Shown piece by piece: positions 12,631-25,328 of a stretch of DNA of 64,000 nt; position 1 is the stretch's first letter, and every line of letters begins with the position of its first letter. Position numbers and translations under genes: made by a program. This stretch comes from Candidatus Pelagibacterales bacterium (GTDB taxonomy: Bacteria; Pseudomonadota; Alphaproteobacteria; Pelagibacterales; AG-422-B15), in contig JAONQW010000004.1 of the NCBI GenBank assembly GCA_028412835.1, positions 18,231-82,230 of the forward strand, read 5' to 3'. A model generated the notes under the pieces. It was not told the origin of the DNA and did no database searches. It saw nothing but the letters and a program-made list of their open reading frames with translations.

Positions 12631-13203
12631 ATGAATAGTATCAAACAAACATATATAACAGGCAAGTTATTAATTGCAATGCCTCAGATGCCCGATGACA
12701 GGTTTAAAAATGCTGTTATTTTTATATATAATCATGATGCAAATGGGGCTTTTGGTTTAATTCTCAATAAGCCCTTAAAAAAAATAAATTTAAATGAACT
12801 CTCGGAAGACTTAGGTTTAAGAAAAATAAAAGATAACAATTATAATCTAGATATATTTTTAGGTGGCCCAGTAGATATAACTAAAGGCTTTGTTCTACAT
12901 TCAAACGACTATACTGAAGAAACTACTCAATCAATTACAACTGATATAAAACTTTCAACTAGTACTAATGTTTTAGAGAATATAGGGGATCAAGAAATAC
13001 CTGGCAATAAAATGGTTTTATTTGGCTATGCTGGCTGGGAAGCCGGGCAGCTAGAACAAGAAATAGCTGATAACGAGTGGCTTGTAGCTAATGCATCAAA
13101 AGATTTTATATTTGATTGTGAATCAAGTAAAAAATGGAATAAAAGTATGGCTAATTTAGGAATTAATATAACTTATTTAGCGACATCTGGTGGAAACGCA
13201 TAA
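12631..13203 (+). CDS. YqgE/AlgH family protein
   Basis: LLIAMP, GGPV, GFVLHS, GYAGWEAGQLEQEI. Confidence 0.94.
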   Translation: MNSIKQTYITGKLLIAMPQMPDDRFKNAVIFIYNHDANGAFGLILNKPLKKINLNELSEDLGLRKIKDNNYNLDIFLGGPVDITKGFVLHSNDYTEETTQSITTDIKLSTSTNVLENIGDQEIPGNKMVLFGYAGWEAGQLEQEIADNEWLVANASKDFIFDCESSKKWNKSMANLGINITYLATSGGNA

Positions 13204-13238
13204 TCACTAAAATCAAACTTAAATTAAAGGAAAATAAT

Positions 13239-14099
13239 ATGAAGAATTTATCTGGAAAAACATTATTTATTACTGGAGCAACTCGTGGAATTGGTTTTGA
13301 AATTGCTAGAAGAGCTGCAAAAGATGGAGCTAATATAGTAATTGCTGCAAAAACAGATATGCCTCACCCTACACTACCAGGTACGATACATACTGCCGCT
13401 GAAGAATTAAAAGAAGCTGGTGGTGATGCTATTGGTATTAAAACTGACATAAGATTTGAAGATCAAGTAAATGCAGCTGTTGAACAAACTATAAAAACAT
13501 TTGGTGGTATAGATATTTGCGTTAACAACGCTAGTGCAATTAATTTATCTTCGACTCTACACACAGAAATGAAAAGATATGATTTAATGCACAATATTAA
13601 TACAAGAGGAACTTTTATGGTTTCAAAAACTTGTATTCCTCACCTCAAGAAATCTGAAAATCCTCACATACTTAATTTAGGCCCTCCACTTAATATGGCA
13701 TCAAAATGGTTTAAGCCACATGTTGCGTATACAATGGCAAAATATGGTATGAGCATGTGTACATTAGGGATGTCAGAAGAACTAAAAACACATGGTATTG
13801 CAGTTAATTCGTTATGGCCACGAACTATGATTGATACATCTGCTGTAAGAAATATTCTTGGAGCTACACTGGCCGATAAAGGATTAAGTCAGTGCCGTAA
13901 ACCAGAAATTATGGGAGATGCTGCTTATATAATTCTAACGCAAGACTCTAAGAAATTTACAGGAAATATGTGTGTAGATGACAGTACAATAATAGCTTCT
14001 GGAAAGACTAATTTAGACGAGTATCTTGCAACGCCTGATGCAAAACCACTAGAAGACTTTTTTGTTGATGATGGTGATGGAGAAATTGAATTATTTTAA
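13239..14099 (+). CDS. Short-chain dehydrogenase, HSDL2/citronellol dehydrogenase-like
   Basis: TGATRGIG, HPTLPGTI, NNASAI, YTMAK, NSLWP. Confidence 0.9.
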   Translation: MKNLSGKTLFITGATRGIGFEIARRAAKDGANIVIAAKTDMPHPTLPGTIHTAAEELKEAGGDAIGIKTDIRFEDQVNAAVEQTIKTFGGIDICVNNASAINLSSTLHTEMKRYDLMHNINTRGTFMVSKTCIPHLKKSENPHILNLGPPLNMASKWFKPHVAYTMAKYGMSMCTLGMSEELKTHGIAVNSLWPRTMIDTSAVRNILGATLADKGLSQCRKPEIMGDAAYIILTQDSKKFTGNMCVDDSTIIASGKTNLDEYLATPDAKPLEDFFVDDGDGEIELF

Positions 14100-14684
14100 T
14101 TTTTTAAAATCATCAAGTATAAAAGAAAGTACAGTGTGATCTTGCCATTTATCGTTTATTTTCAATAATTTACGTGCTGTACCTTCTTTAATAAACCCGT
14201 TTTTTAAAAGTACTTTTAGCGACGGCATATTATGAGGTAAACAAGCTGCTTCAATGCGGTGCAACTTTAGCTCATTAAAAATAAATTCTTTAACTAGCTC
14301 TAATGACTCGCTCATCATACCTTTGCCTTCACAATCTTTTGCAATCCAATAGCCAATTGTGCAAGATTGAATTATGCCTCTTTGAACATTACTGATATTA
14401 ACTTCTCCAATAAAGTCTTCATTATCAGATGTAAATATTAGAAAAGAGTAAGCTTGATCATTATGCGAAAGTCTTTCAAACATTCTGACTCTTTTTACAA
14501 ATGAACTTCTTTCTAATTCATTGATAGACCACAAAGGTTCCCAAGGCTGCAAATACAATTTATTTTTCTTTCTTTCATCTGCCCAGGCTTTCCAGTCACT
14601 ATATTGTGGTGGACGTAGTATTACTTTTTGACCTGTAATTTCAAATAGATTTTTTTTAAGACTGTATGCATTTAGAAAAGACAT
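14091..14684 (-). CDS. rimJ: RimJ-like GNAT N-acetyltransferase
   Basis: LQPWEP, IGYWI, LHRIEAACLPHN, WQDH. Confidence 0.88.
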   Translation of the reverse strand: MSFLNAYSLKKNLFEITGQKVILRPPQYSDWKAWADERKKNKLYLQPWEPLWSINELERSSFVKRVRMFERLSHNDQAYSFLIFTSDNEDFIGEVNISNVQRGIIQSCTIGYWIAKDCEGKGMMSESLELVKEFIFNELKLHRIEAACLPHNMPSLKVLLKNGFIKEGTARKLLKINDKWQDHTVLSFILDDFKKLK

Positions 14685-14689
14685 TTTTA

Positions 14690-16078
14690 TTATTTAGAAT
14701 AATTATCCTTAATAATATTTCTTACTTCATCAGTTGAGTTTTTAAAGCTATAAAATTTTTCTTCATTATCAAAAACTTTATTAAACTCTTCGCTAGATTG
14801 CATTGGTTGTCCTATTGCTTTTTCAACTGTATCAGAAAATTTGATTGGATGAGCTGTTCCTAAAATAAAGTTATTATCACCTATCTGATTAAGCGATCTA
14901 GAAGCTCCAAGTCCAATAGCTGTATGTGGATCAATTATATAATTAAATTCATTATAAGTTTCTTTAATTAAATCATTAACTTCATTTTGATTTATTTTTT
15001 TTGATGAGAATATTTTTTTTACCAAATCAGATTGTTCGCTATTTACACTAAAAAATTTATTGTTTTTTAATTCATTCATTTTTTTTGATGTTAATGAAGA
15101 TGATTTATCATAAAGATCGAACAAAAGGCGCTCAAAATTACTAGCTATGGCAATGTCCATGCTTGGACTGGTTGTTCTAGTAACATTTTCTATTGAATAA
15201 TTACCAGAATTTATAAAACGGTCTAAAATATCATTTTCATTAGTTGCAATAATTAATTTATTCGCTGGTAAACCCATTTTTATGCCAACATAGCCGGCAT
15301 AAATATCTCCAAAATTGCCAGTTGGAACAGAAAAATTTATTGCTTCATTTTCTGAAATATTATTCTCAATTAATGTATAAAAATAATAAACAATTTGAAA
15401 CATTACTCTAGACCAGTTTATTGAATTTACAGCTGCAATAGAAAATTCTTCAGAAAACTCTCTATCAACAAGAATTGATTTTACAATATTTTGACAATCA
15501 TCAAATGTTCCATCTACCTCAATTGGAAAAATATTTTCACCATGTACAGTAGTCATCTGTTTTTTTTGAAAACTAGAAATTCTTCCTTTTGGAAATAAAC
15601 AAAAGACATTAATTTTCTTACTTTGATTCACTGCGTTAATTGCTGCTGATCCAGTATCACCTGAAGTAGCTACTATTAAATTTAATTTTTTATTTTCTTG
15701 CAACAAGTAATGATCAAAAATAGGTATTATAAGTTGCATTGCAAAATCTTTAAATGCAAGCGTAGGGCCATTGAATAACTCTACTATATATTCTTTCTGC
15801 TTAAGATTTTTGAATGAAATTATATTATTATTACTAAATTTAGAATAAGCATTATCTATTAAGTCCTTAAGCTCCTTTTTTTTAATATCTTCTCCAATAA
15901 ATGGATATATAATTTCTAATGCTAATTCAGAATAATTATTAATCTTTTTTAGAGCATTATAATTAATTTGTGGCCACACATCAGGAACATATAGGCCCCC
16001 ATCTGAAGCTAGGCCTGAAAATAAAATATTTTTAAATGTAAGATCTTTCTCCCCACCTCTAGTACTTAGATATTTCAT
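14690..16078 (-). CDS. thrC: Threonine synthase
   Basis: YLSTRG, GPTLAFKD (PLP Lys), ATSGDTG, NSINWSR, VPTGNFG. Confidence 0.97.
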   Translation of the reverse strand: MKYLSTRGGEKDLTFKNILFSGLASDGGLYVPDVWPQINYNALKKINNYSELALEIIYPFIGEDIKKKELKDLIDNAYSKFSNNNIISFKNLKQKEYIVELFNGPTLAFKDFAMQLIIPIFDHYLLQENKKLNLIVATSGDTGSAAINAVNQSKKINVFCLFPKGRISSFQKKQMTTVHGENIFPIEVDGTFDDCQNIVKSILVDREFSEEFSIAAVNSINWSRVMFQIVYYFYTLIENNISENEAINFSVPTGNFGDIYAGYVGIKMGLPANKLIIATNENDILDRFINSGNYSIENVTRTTSPSMDIAIASNFERLLFDLYDKSSSLTSKKMNELKNNKFFSVNSEQSDLVKKIFSSKKINQNEVNDLIKETYNEFNYIIDPHTAIGLGASRSLNQIGDNNFILGTAHPIKFSDTVEKAIGQPMQSSEEFNKVFDNEEKFYSFKNSTDEVRNIIKDNYSK

Positions 16079-16761
16079 CTTTTTAAAATATTTTTATAAA
16101 TATAAATTATGTACATAGCTGCAATAGAAATTGCTAAAGCAAACCACGTTATAGCATATTGTAAGTGATTATTTGGAATATTTATAGCTGTAAACTCATT
16201 TAATAAATCTGAGTAATATTCTTGCTCAACAACTCTAAAGATATACTTTTCACTGTTCAATTTTGTGAACTGATCCATTTCTTCAATATTCATTAAATAC
16301 CAGCTATTTTTAATAGTATCTGGTTGAGGGGAGAACAATCGTCGTTCTTTTGAATATATAAGTATTCCTTTAAAATCAAGTTTGCCTGTTAAAGACCTAA
16401 ACATAAATTCTTTGGAGTTAATATCTGTAAAATTTGTCCATCCTAAATCAACATACACCGTCCTACCTTCGGTGAGTAATGGCACAATAATATTATATCC
16501 TGACTGACCATATGAATTGATATTAAAAAAATGTAGTTCTTTAGACTGATCTATTTTTCCTGATAAAGATGATTTTTTATAAGAAAAGTCATTGTTCTTT
16601 ATATCAAATGGATACTCAATATAGTCCTCTGTCTGTCCATCTTTAATTGAATTTAGAAGTTCTGTTTTCCATTCTAATCTGTGTAGTTGCCAAGAACCTA
16701 AATACACCAAAGATACTAGAGCAATTAAAAATAAAGAATGAAATGCTATGTTTTTTATCAA
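16075..16761 (-). CDS. SURF1/Shy1 cytochrome oxidase assembly protein
   Basis: LGSWQLHRLEWK and NNHLQYAITWF. Confidence 0.94.
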   Translation of the reverse strand: MIKNIAFHSLFLIALVSLVYLGSWQLHRLEWKTELLNSIKDGQTEDYIEYPFDIKNNDFSYKKSSLSGKIDQSKELHFFNINSYGQSGYNIIVPLLTEGRTVYVDLGWTNFTDINSKEFMFRSLTGKLDFKGILIYSKERRLFSPQPDTIKNSWYLMNIEEMDQFTKLNSEKYIFRVVEQEYYSDLLNEFTAINIPNNHLQYAITWFALAISIAAMYIIYIYKNILKR

Positions 16762-16772
16762 AGATTAACTCT

Positions 16773-17570
16773 TTAATATGAGCCCCATACATATATTGCA
16801 GCAAATAAAAATAGCCAAACAACATCAACAAAATGCCAATACCAAGCTGCAGCTTCAAATCCAAAGTGATGATCAGGTTTAAAATGTCCAGCCATAGCTC
16901 TGCCTAAACACACCGCAAGAAATATAGTGCCAATTATTACATGAAATCCATGGAACCCTGTTGCCATAAAAAAGGTTGCTCCGTAAATGTGTCCAGCAAA
17001 ATCAAAGTGCGCATGCATATATTCATATGCTTGGAATCCAGAAAATATTACTCCTAAGATTACGGTAATAACTAACCCTTGAATAACTTCTTTTCTGTGT
17101 CCTTCTTGAAGTGCATGGTGTGCCCAAGTAACTGACGTGCCAGATAGAAGTAAAATTAAAGTATTAATTAATGGTATATGCCATGGATCTAATAACTCAA
17201 TTTCTAATGGTGGCCAAGTAGAACCAATTTGTTCAGTTGGATATAAACTTGCATTAAAATAAGCCCAAAACCAAGCAACAAAAAACATTACTTCAGAAGC
17301 GATAAAGAGTGTCATACCATATCGCAAACCTAGCTGAACGACCATTGTATGGTGACCATCTTTTTCACCTTCGATTATGATGTCTCTGAACCACATAAAT
17401 GCAACATACATCACAGCAAGCAGTCCTATAATCATAGTCCATGGATTATCAGTTCTAAAGTATATTACTGCACCAAAACATAGTATTAAAGCACCTATAG
17501 ATGCTAACAGCGGCCATGGGCTTGGGTCTACTAAATGGTAATCATGACCTTTAGGATTATTAGAACTCAT
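16773..17570 (-). CDS. ctaE: Cytochrome c oxidase subunit III
   Basis: YHLVDPSPWP, FIASEVMFF, TGFHGFHV, AAWYWHFVDVVW. Confidence 0.98.
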   Translation of the reverse strand: MSSNNPKGHDYHLVDPSPWPLLASIGALILCFGAVIYFRTDNPWTMIIGLLAVMYVAFMWFRDIIIEGEKDGHHTMVVQLGLRYGMTLFIASEVMFFVAWFWAYFNASLYPTEQIGSTWPPLEIELLDPWHIPLINTLILLLSGTSVTWAHHALQEGHRKEVIQGLVITVILGVIFSGFQAYEYMHAHFDFAGHIYGATFFMATGFHGFHVIIGTIFLAVCLGRAMAGHFKPDHHFGFEAAAWYWHFVDVVWLFLFAAIYVWGSY

Positions 17571-18127
17571 AATTTCTTGTTATCAGATGTTTCATAAAAG
17601 GTATAGGATAAAGTTATCTCAGATAAATCACCTATAAATTTATCATTAACTATTTCTGGATCAATATAAAAATTGATTGGCATCACTCTTTGTTCCCCGG
17701 GTTGAAGAGACTGTTCATTAAAACAAAAACATTCCAATTTACTAAAATACTTACCTGCATCATCAGGACTTACATTAAATGATGCTGTACCACTAATTGA
17801 AGTATCAGAGTTGTTTTTTGCAATGTAATTAGCTGTATAGTCTGCACCTATTTTAAGATCATAGGTTTTCTTTTCAGGGTAAAAATCCCAATTTAAGCCT
17901 GATGAAACATTAGCATCAAATCTTACTTCAATAGTTTTACTTAAAACATACTCACTTTCAATTTGTGTGATGATAGGTGTTCCACCAAATCCTGTGACTC
18001 GGCAGAATAAATTATATAATGGCACTGAAGCGTATGCCAATAGAAGCATTGCAAGTACTAAAGTTAAAAGACTCATAGCTAAACGGTTATTCTTATTGGA
18101 AATATAATTTATTAACCTATATTTCAT
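17567..18127 (-). CDS. ctaG: Cytochrome c oxidase assembly protein CtaG/Cox11
   Basis: VPLYNLFCRVTG and KLECFCF. Confidence 0.96.
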   Translation of the reverse strand: MKYRLINYISNKNNRLAMSLLTLVLAMLLLAYASVPLYNLFCRVTGFGGTPIITQIESEYVLSKTIEVRFDANVSSGLNWDFYPEKKTYDLKIGADYTANYIAKNNSDTSISGTASFNVSPDDAGKYFSKLECFCFNEQSLQPGEQRVMPINFYIDPEIVNDKFIGDLSEITLSYTFYETSDNKKL

Positions 18128-18243
18128 GATGGATAGGCCATGTTTGAAATTTTATAGATTGTATAAAGAAAAAATATGACCATTAAGCTTGCCAAAAATA
18201 AGGCTGTATACATATTTTTCTTTTTTGTTTTTTTATCTACCAT
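18124..18243 (-). CDS. Small single-TM protein in the cox operon (CoxF-like position), 39 aa
   Basis: MVDKKTKKKNMYTALFLASLMVIFFLYTIYKISNMAYPS; starts directly after the ctaB stop and its TGA overlaps the ctaG ATG. Below the ORF-track cutoff. Confidence 0.8.
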   Translation of the reverse strand: MVDKKTKKKNMYTALFLASLMVIFFLYTIYKISNMAYPS

Positions 18244-19167
18244 CTACATCATCACACTATCAATTAATAAGATCGCAAATATATTAAACAAAAAAATAAT
18301 CGTAAAATAAAAAAATTGCTGCGCTTTTTTTTCAAAATCTTTAGCATCAACAGGTGTATTTTTTAGTTTTAGAGATAGATAGACAAATATGACACTTAAG
18401 ACTGTTGCAGAAATTGTGTAAAGATAAGAGTAAAATAAGCCAAGGCTAATCGTTACAGGAAATAAGATAACACTATAAGCAAGAATCATATTTAACGTTC
18501 TTTCAGGACCAACAATAACTGGCATCATTGGAATTCCAGCTTTTTTATATTCTCCCGAACGATAAAGTGCTAGTGCCCAAAAATGTGGAGGGGTCCATAA
18601 AAAGATAATAGTAAATATTATTAAAGGTTCATATGAAAGAGATCCAGCTATTGCTGACCACCCAATCATTGGTGGGAAAGCGCCCGCTGCGCCGCCTATT
18701 ACAATATTTTGAGGAGTTCTTCTTTTTAGCCAAACTGTATAAACAAGAACATAGTAAACAATTGTTAAAGCTAATAGTGATGCAGCTAACAAATTTGAAG
18801 CATAATATAAAATAGCAATGGATATGATTGATAATATCGTGCCAAATATCAATGCATAATTAGGTGCAATAATTCCAGCTGGAATTGCTCGGTCCATTGT
18901 TCTGGTCATAAGTTTATCAGTATCTCTTTCATACCACATATTTAACGCCCCTGAAGCACCTGATCCAATTGAAATTGCAAAAATAATTAAGGCACTAGAA
19001 ATTAAAGACACTTCACCTGGAGCTATCACCATTGCAACAAAACTGGTAAATATAGAAAGTGACATCACTCTTGGCTTAAGAAGAGAAAAGTAAGCCTTAA
19101 GTGTATAGACAAAACCATTCATAGACTGCTTGTCTTCACCTTGCTCTAGTGCTGTTATATGTGACAA
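18244..19167 (-). CDS. ctaB: Protoheme IX farnesyltransferase (heme O synthase)
   Basis: LLKPRVM, DKLMTRT, LKRRTPQNIVIGGAAGA, WTPPHFWAL; AGGAG RBS before TTG start. Confidence 0.97.
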   Translation of the reverse strand: MSHITALEQGEDKQSMNGFVYTLKAYFSLLKPRVMSLSIFTSFVAMVIAPGEVSLISSALIIFAISIGSGASGALNMWYERDTDKLMTRTMDRAIPAGIIAPNYALIFGTILSIISIAILYYASNLLAASLLALTIVYYVLVYTVWLKRRTPQNIVIGGAAGAFPPMIGWSAIAGSLSYEPLIIFTIIFLWTPPHFWALALYRSGEYKKAGIPMMPVIVGPERTLNMILAYSVILFPVTISLGLFYSYLYTISATVLSVIFVYLSLKLKNTPVDAKDFEKKAQQFFYFTIIFLFNIFAILLIDSVMM

Positions 19168-19181
19168 AATTGTCTCCTATA

Positions 19182-21625
<2,444 letters not shown>

Positions 21626-21720
21626 AATCTAATCTTGATTTACTAGGTAAATATAGCTATTTTAATCAATTGCAATAGCAATTTTAATGTCATAAAGAAT
21701 TAATTTAATAGGCAATTTTT

Positions 21721-21737
21721 TGCGACAGAATGACGCA
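21721..21737. promoter_or_regulatory. Candidate RegA/PrrA (RegR)-type binding site in the ctaC-tldD divergent region
   Basis: TGCGACAGAATGACGCA matches the GCGNC-N-GNCGC inverted repeat and stands out as GC-rich in AT-rich intergenic DNA. Confidence 0.6.
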
Positions 21738-21780
21738 ATTTTTAATCAAATTTGGCTAAATTTTAAACTATATAAACTAC

Positions 21781-23232
21781 GTGAGTGCAAATAATAAAAA
21801 TAAAAATATAAATACTGAGGATCTTTTCTTTAATGATAGCGATTTAACATCCGGCTCTGTTAATAACATCGTTAACGATTCTCTGCATAAAGCAGATGAT
21901 GGTGAGCTATTTCTTGAATATTGTGAAAGTGAAAGTTTTGTTTTTGATGATCAAAAATTAAAAAGTGCTTCATTTGACGTATCAAAAGGCTTTGGCTTAA
22001 GGGCTATTGCAGGTGAAGCGACTGGCTACGCGCATTCATCTGATATAGACACTAAGTCATTAAAAAAAGCCAGAGATACTGTCAGCTTTATTACTAAAAA
22101 TAATAATGGAAGCTTTAATTCAAACTTCACTCGAACAAATAAAAAACTTTATACAGATTTAAATCCAGTTAATTCTGTGAATTTTGAAAATAAAATTAAA
22201 ACTCTTGAGGAAATTGATAAATATGCAAGAGCAAGAAACCCATTAGTTAAACAAGTATCTTCATCTCTTAGTGGTGAATGGCAGGTCGTAAGAATATATA
22301 GGCCTGATGGAGTTTATGTTGAAGATATAAGACCACTTGTACGACTTGGTATTTCTGTAGTTTTAGAAAAAAATGGAAGACAAGAAACAGGCAGAATGGG
22401 TGTTGGAGGTAGAGTAGATTATCAAAAGTTTTTAGAAGAAGATTATTGGCAAAAACAAGTAGATGGAGCTTTAGCTCAAGCAGAAATTAATCTTCAATCA
22501 GTAGATTCTCCAGTGGGTGAAATGGATGTAGTCCTAGGTCCAGGCTTTCCAGGTATTCTTCTGCATGAAGCAATAGGTCATGGCTTAGAAGGTGATTTTA
22601 ATAGAAAAAAAACTTCAGCTTTTTCAAACTTAATGGGTGAAAAAATTGCACACGATTCAGTAACAATTGTTGATGATGGAACTATTGACTCCAGAAGAGG
22701 TTCAATAAGTGTAGATGATGAAGGAACTCCAACAAGTTGTACTACTTTAATTGAGAATGGAATTCTAACTGGTTATATGCAAGACAGGCATAATTCAAAG
22801 TTAATGGGAGTTAGTCCTACAGGCAATGGAAGGCGGGAGAGTTATGCTCATGCACCAATGCCAAGAATGACAAATACTTACATGATGTCAGGAAATAAAA
22901 CTCCAGAAGAAATAATAAAAACTGTTAAAAATGGTGTTTATGCTGTTGATTTCAGTGGTGGCCAAGTAGATATTACTAGTGGAAAATTTACATTTTCATG
23001 CACCGAAGCATACAAAATTATTGATGGTAAAATTGAGCAACCAATAAAAGGTGCAACTCTTATTGGCAATGGTCCAGACGTTCTAAAAAGAGTTTCAATG
23101 GTTGGTAATGATAGTGCAATGGATACTGGTATTGGTACTTGTGGTAAAGCCGGTCAAAGTGTACCAGTTGGTGTGGGACAACCTACAATGCTTGTAAATA
23201 ATCTAACGGTAGGCGGAACTGCCACAGGTTAA
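21781..23232 (+). CDS. tldD: Metalloprotease TldD
   Basis: LHEAIGHGLEGDFNRK, PRMTNT, CGKAGQSVPVGVGQP. Confidence 0.97.
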   Translation: MSANNKNKNINTEDLFFNDSDLTSGSVNNIVNDSLHKADDGELFLEYCESESFVFDDQKLKSASFDVSKGFGLRAIAGEATGYAHSSDIDTKSLKKARDTVSFITKNNNGSFNSNFTRTNKKLYTDLNPVNSVNFENKIKTLEEIDKYARARNPLVKQVSSSLSGEWQVVRIYRPDGVYVEDIRPLVRLGISVVLEKNGRQETGRMGVGGRVDYQKFLEEDYWQKQVDGALAQAEINLQSVDSPVGEMDVVLGPGFPGILLHEAIGHGLEGDFNRKKTSAFSNLMGEKIAHDSVTIVDDGTIDSRRGSISVDDEGTPTSCTTLIENGILTGYMQDRHNSKLMGVSPTGNGRRESYAHAPMPRMTNTYMMSGNKTPEEIIKTVKNGVYAVDFSGGQVDITSGKFTFSCTEAYKIIDGKIEQPIKGATLIGNGPDVLKRVSMVGNDSAMDTGIGTCGKAGQSVPVGVGQPTMLVNNLTVGGTATG

Positions 23233-24567
23233 TTAAAAAGATAACTCACTATAAAGCTTTTTAAAATCCTTACCCCAATCATTATTAAAACTATTTAATA
23301 CTTTAGAGGCTGTTACTTGTTTAGTATTTAAAATGTTAAATAAGTATTCTAAAAATATAGTCTCATCTTCACCACTAAGGTTAAATTCTTTTCTTTTTTT
23401 CAGTCCATGAACAGCTATTTCAAGGACTTCTTCTGTAATTCTCCAACCACTTTTATTTTGAATTAATGCATCTAAACCAGTTTTAGAGCTCTCAATTTTA
23501 AAATTTAAAATTTCATTTAAGTGCCAACCTTTTATAATATCGTTTGCAGCATCCAATGTTTCATTATCATATAACAATCCAGTCCATAAAGCTGGCAAGG
23601 CGCATAGAGATTTATAGCTACCAGCATCTGCTCCACGCATTTCAATATATGTTTTTAATCTCACCTCAGTAAATATAGTAGATACATGCGTTTCCCAATC
23701 ATCGATTGTAATTTCCTCAGATTTAATATTTTTATTTTTTCCATCCATTAAATCTCTAAAAGTAAAATCTGTAGAATCGATGTATTCCTTGTTTCTTACA
23801 ATAAAATATACCGGCACATCTAAAAGATAATCTACATACTCTTCAAAACTAAAACTTTTATCCAACATGCATGGTAATATTCCAGTTCGATCTTTATCTG
23901 TATCATCCCAAATAGCACTTCTATAAGATAAGTGTCCATTCGGCCTTCCTTTCTTAAAAGGTGAATTTGCAAATAAACCAGTGGCTAATGGTTGCAATGC
24001 TGCAGAAACATTAACTTTTGTTGACATATCTTTTTCAGATAAAAAATCAAAATTTGCTTGAACAGTGCAAGTTTGATACATCATTTCAAGACCAAGACCA
24101 CCAACTTTCCTCATGTATGGTGTCATAATTTGCTGATATCTTTTTTTAGGAACTTTTGGCATATCATCGAAACCTCCAAGTGGAATAAAGCCTATTCCTA
24201 AAAATCCAATATCTAGTTCTTCTTCAATTGACTTAGTGAAACTAAGATGATCATTTATTTCACGACAAGTCTCATGAAGATTGTTTAAAGGTGCGCCAGA
24301 AAGTTCAAATTGTCCACCTGGTTCTAGAGTGATGCTTGCACCATTTTTAGATGCACCTACAATTTGATCTTCTTCTACTACTGCAGTCCATCCATCTTCT
24401 ACAAATTTTCTTAAGACAGTGGAAATACTTCTATCTCCATTAAAAGGGATTAATGATAGATCACTTTTATTATAAATAAATTTTTCATGCTCAGTGCCTA
24501 TTTTTTCAGATCCTTTTAATTTAGTACCATCTGAAAAGTATTTAACTAAATCTATTTTTTTTAACAT
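23233..24567 (-). CDS. gshA: Glutamate-cysteine ligase (alphaproteobacterial/plant type)
   Basis: IGTEHEKF, LEPGGQFELSG, TVQANFD, EVRLKTYIEMRGAD. Confidence 0.95.
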   Translation of the reverse strand: MLKKIDLVKYFSDGTKLKGSEKIGTEHEKFIYNKSDLSLIPFNGDRSISTVLRKFVEDGWTAVVEEDQIVGASKNGASITLEPGGQFELSGAPLNNLHETCREINDHLSFTKSIEEELDIGFLGIGFIPLGGFDDMPKVPKKRYQQIMTPYMRKVGGLGLEMMYQTCTVQANFDFLSEKDMSTKVNVSAALQPLATGLFANSPFKKGRPNGHLSYRSAIWDDTDKDRTGILPCMLDKSFSFEEYVDYLLDVPVYFIVRNKEYIDSTDFTFRDLMDGKNKNIKSEEITIDDWETHVSTIFTEVRLKTYIEMRGADAGSYKSLCALPALWTGLLYDNETLDAANDIIKGWHLNEILNFKIESSKTGLDALIQNKSGWRITEEVLEIAVHGLKKRKEFNLSGEDETIFLEYLFNILNTKQVTASKVLNSFNNDWGKDFKKLYSELSF

Positions 24568-25280
24568 TGAGATAAACTATCCTTTACTAAAGCAGAAGCA
24601 ACTATTGAAGCCGTTTCACCTTTTAAAATATTCTCTCCCAAAGAAGCTTCAACAATATTCTTATGAGATTTTATATTATCTAACTCTAATTTAGAAAAGT
24701 CTCCCTCTGGACCAATTAATATAGAAATATCTTTATTAAAATTTTCTTTTATAACTTGCCCAATAGATATGTTCTTACACTGAACAGTACAAGCTATAAT
24801 TATCTCATCATTTTTTATTTGCTTAAGAAATTCTTTAAATCCTATCGTTTGGCTTATGTTAGGAATTATTAATTGCTCAGATTGCTCAATTGCCTCTAAA
24901 GAAATTAGCTTTAATCGATCTAAATTAACTTTTGAAATATTAGTATGTTCCATTGCTATAGGTTGAAATATATTTACTCCAATTTCAGTGCATTTTTGAA
25001 TTAAAATTTCATTGGGATTTCTCTTTAAAGGTGAAAAATAAAGCTTGATTGATCGCTGCTTTAAAAGATCTCTTGTTTTTTTTTCTATAATTAAATCTAT
25101 TGCTTTAGCTCTAATATCTACTATTTCTGCGAGCCACTCACCATCATTAAAAATTAAAATTTTTTCATTTATCTTGCACCTTAGGACATTGATTAAATAA
25201 TGTGCTTGCTTATCTTTTATTTTGATGATTTTACCAGTTGAGATTTTTTCATCTAAAAATATTCGATTTCTTGGTTTCAT
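24561..25280 (-). CDS. rsmE: 16S rRNA m3U1498 methyltransferase
   Basis: HYLINVLR, QKCTEIGV, EAIEQS, IGPEGDFS, LGENILKGETA. Confidence 0.94.
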   Translation of the reverse strand: MKPRNRIFLDEKISTGKIIKIKDKQAHYLINVLRCKINEKILIFNDGEWLAEIVDIRAKAIDLIIEKKTRDLLKQRSIKLYFSPLKRNPNEILIQKCTEIGVNIFQPIAMEHTNISKVNLDRLKLISLEAIEQSEQLIIPNISQTIGFKEFLKQIKNDEIIIACTVQCKNISIGQVIKENFNKDISILIGPEGDFSKLELDNIKSHKNIVEASLGENILKGETASIVASALVKDSLSQC

Positions 25281-25328
25281 GTTATTTTAGCTATTATTAA
25301 CTAGATATTGGCTATAGTTTTCTTAAGT

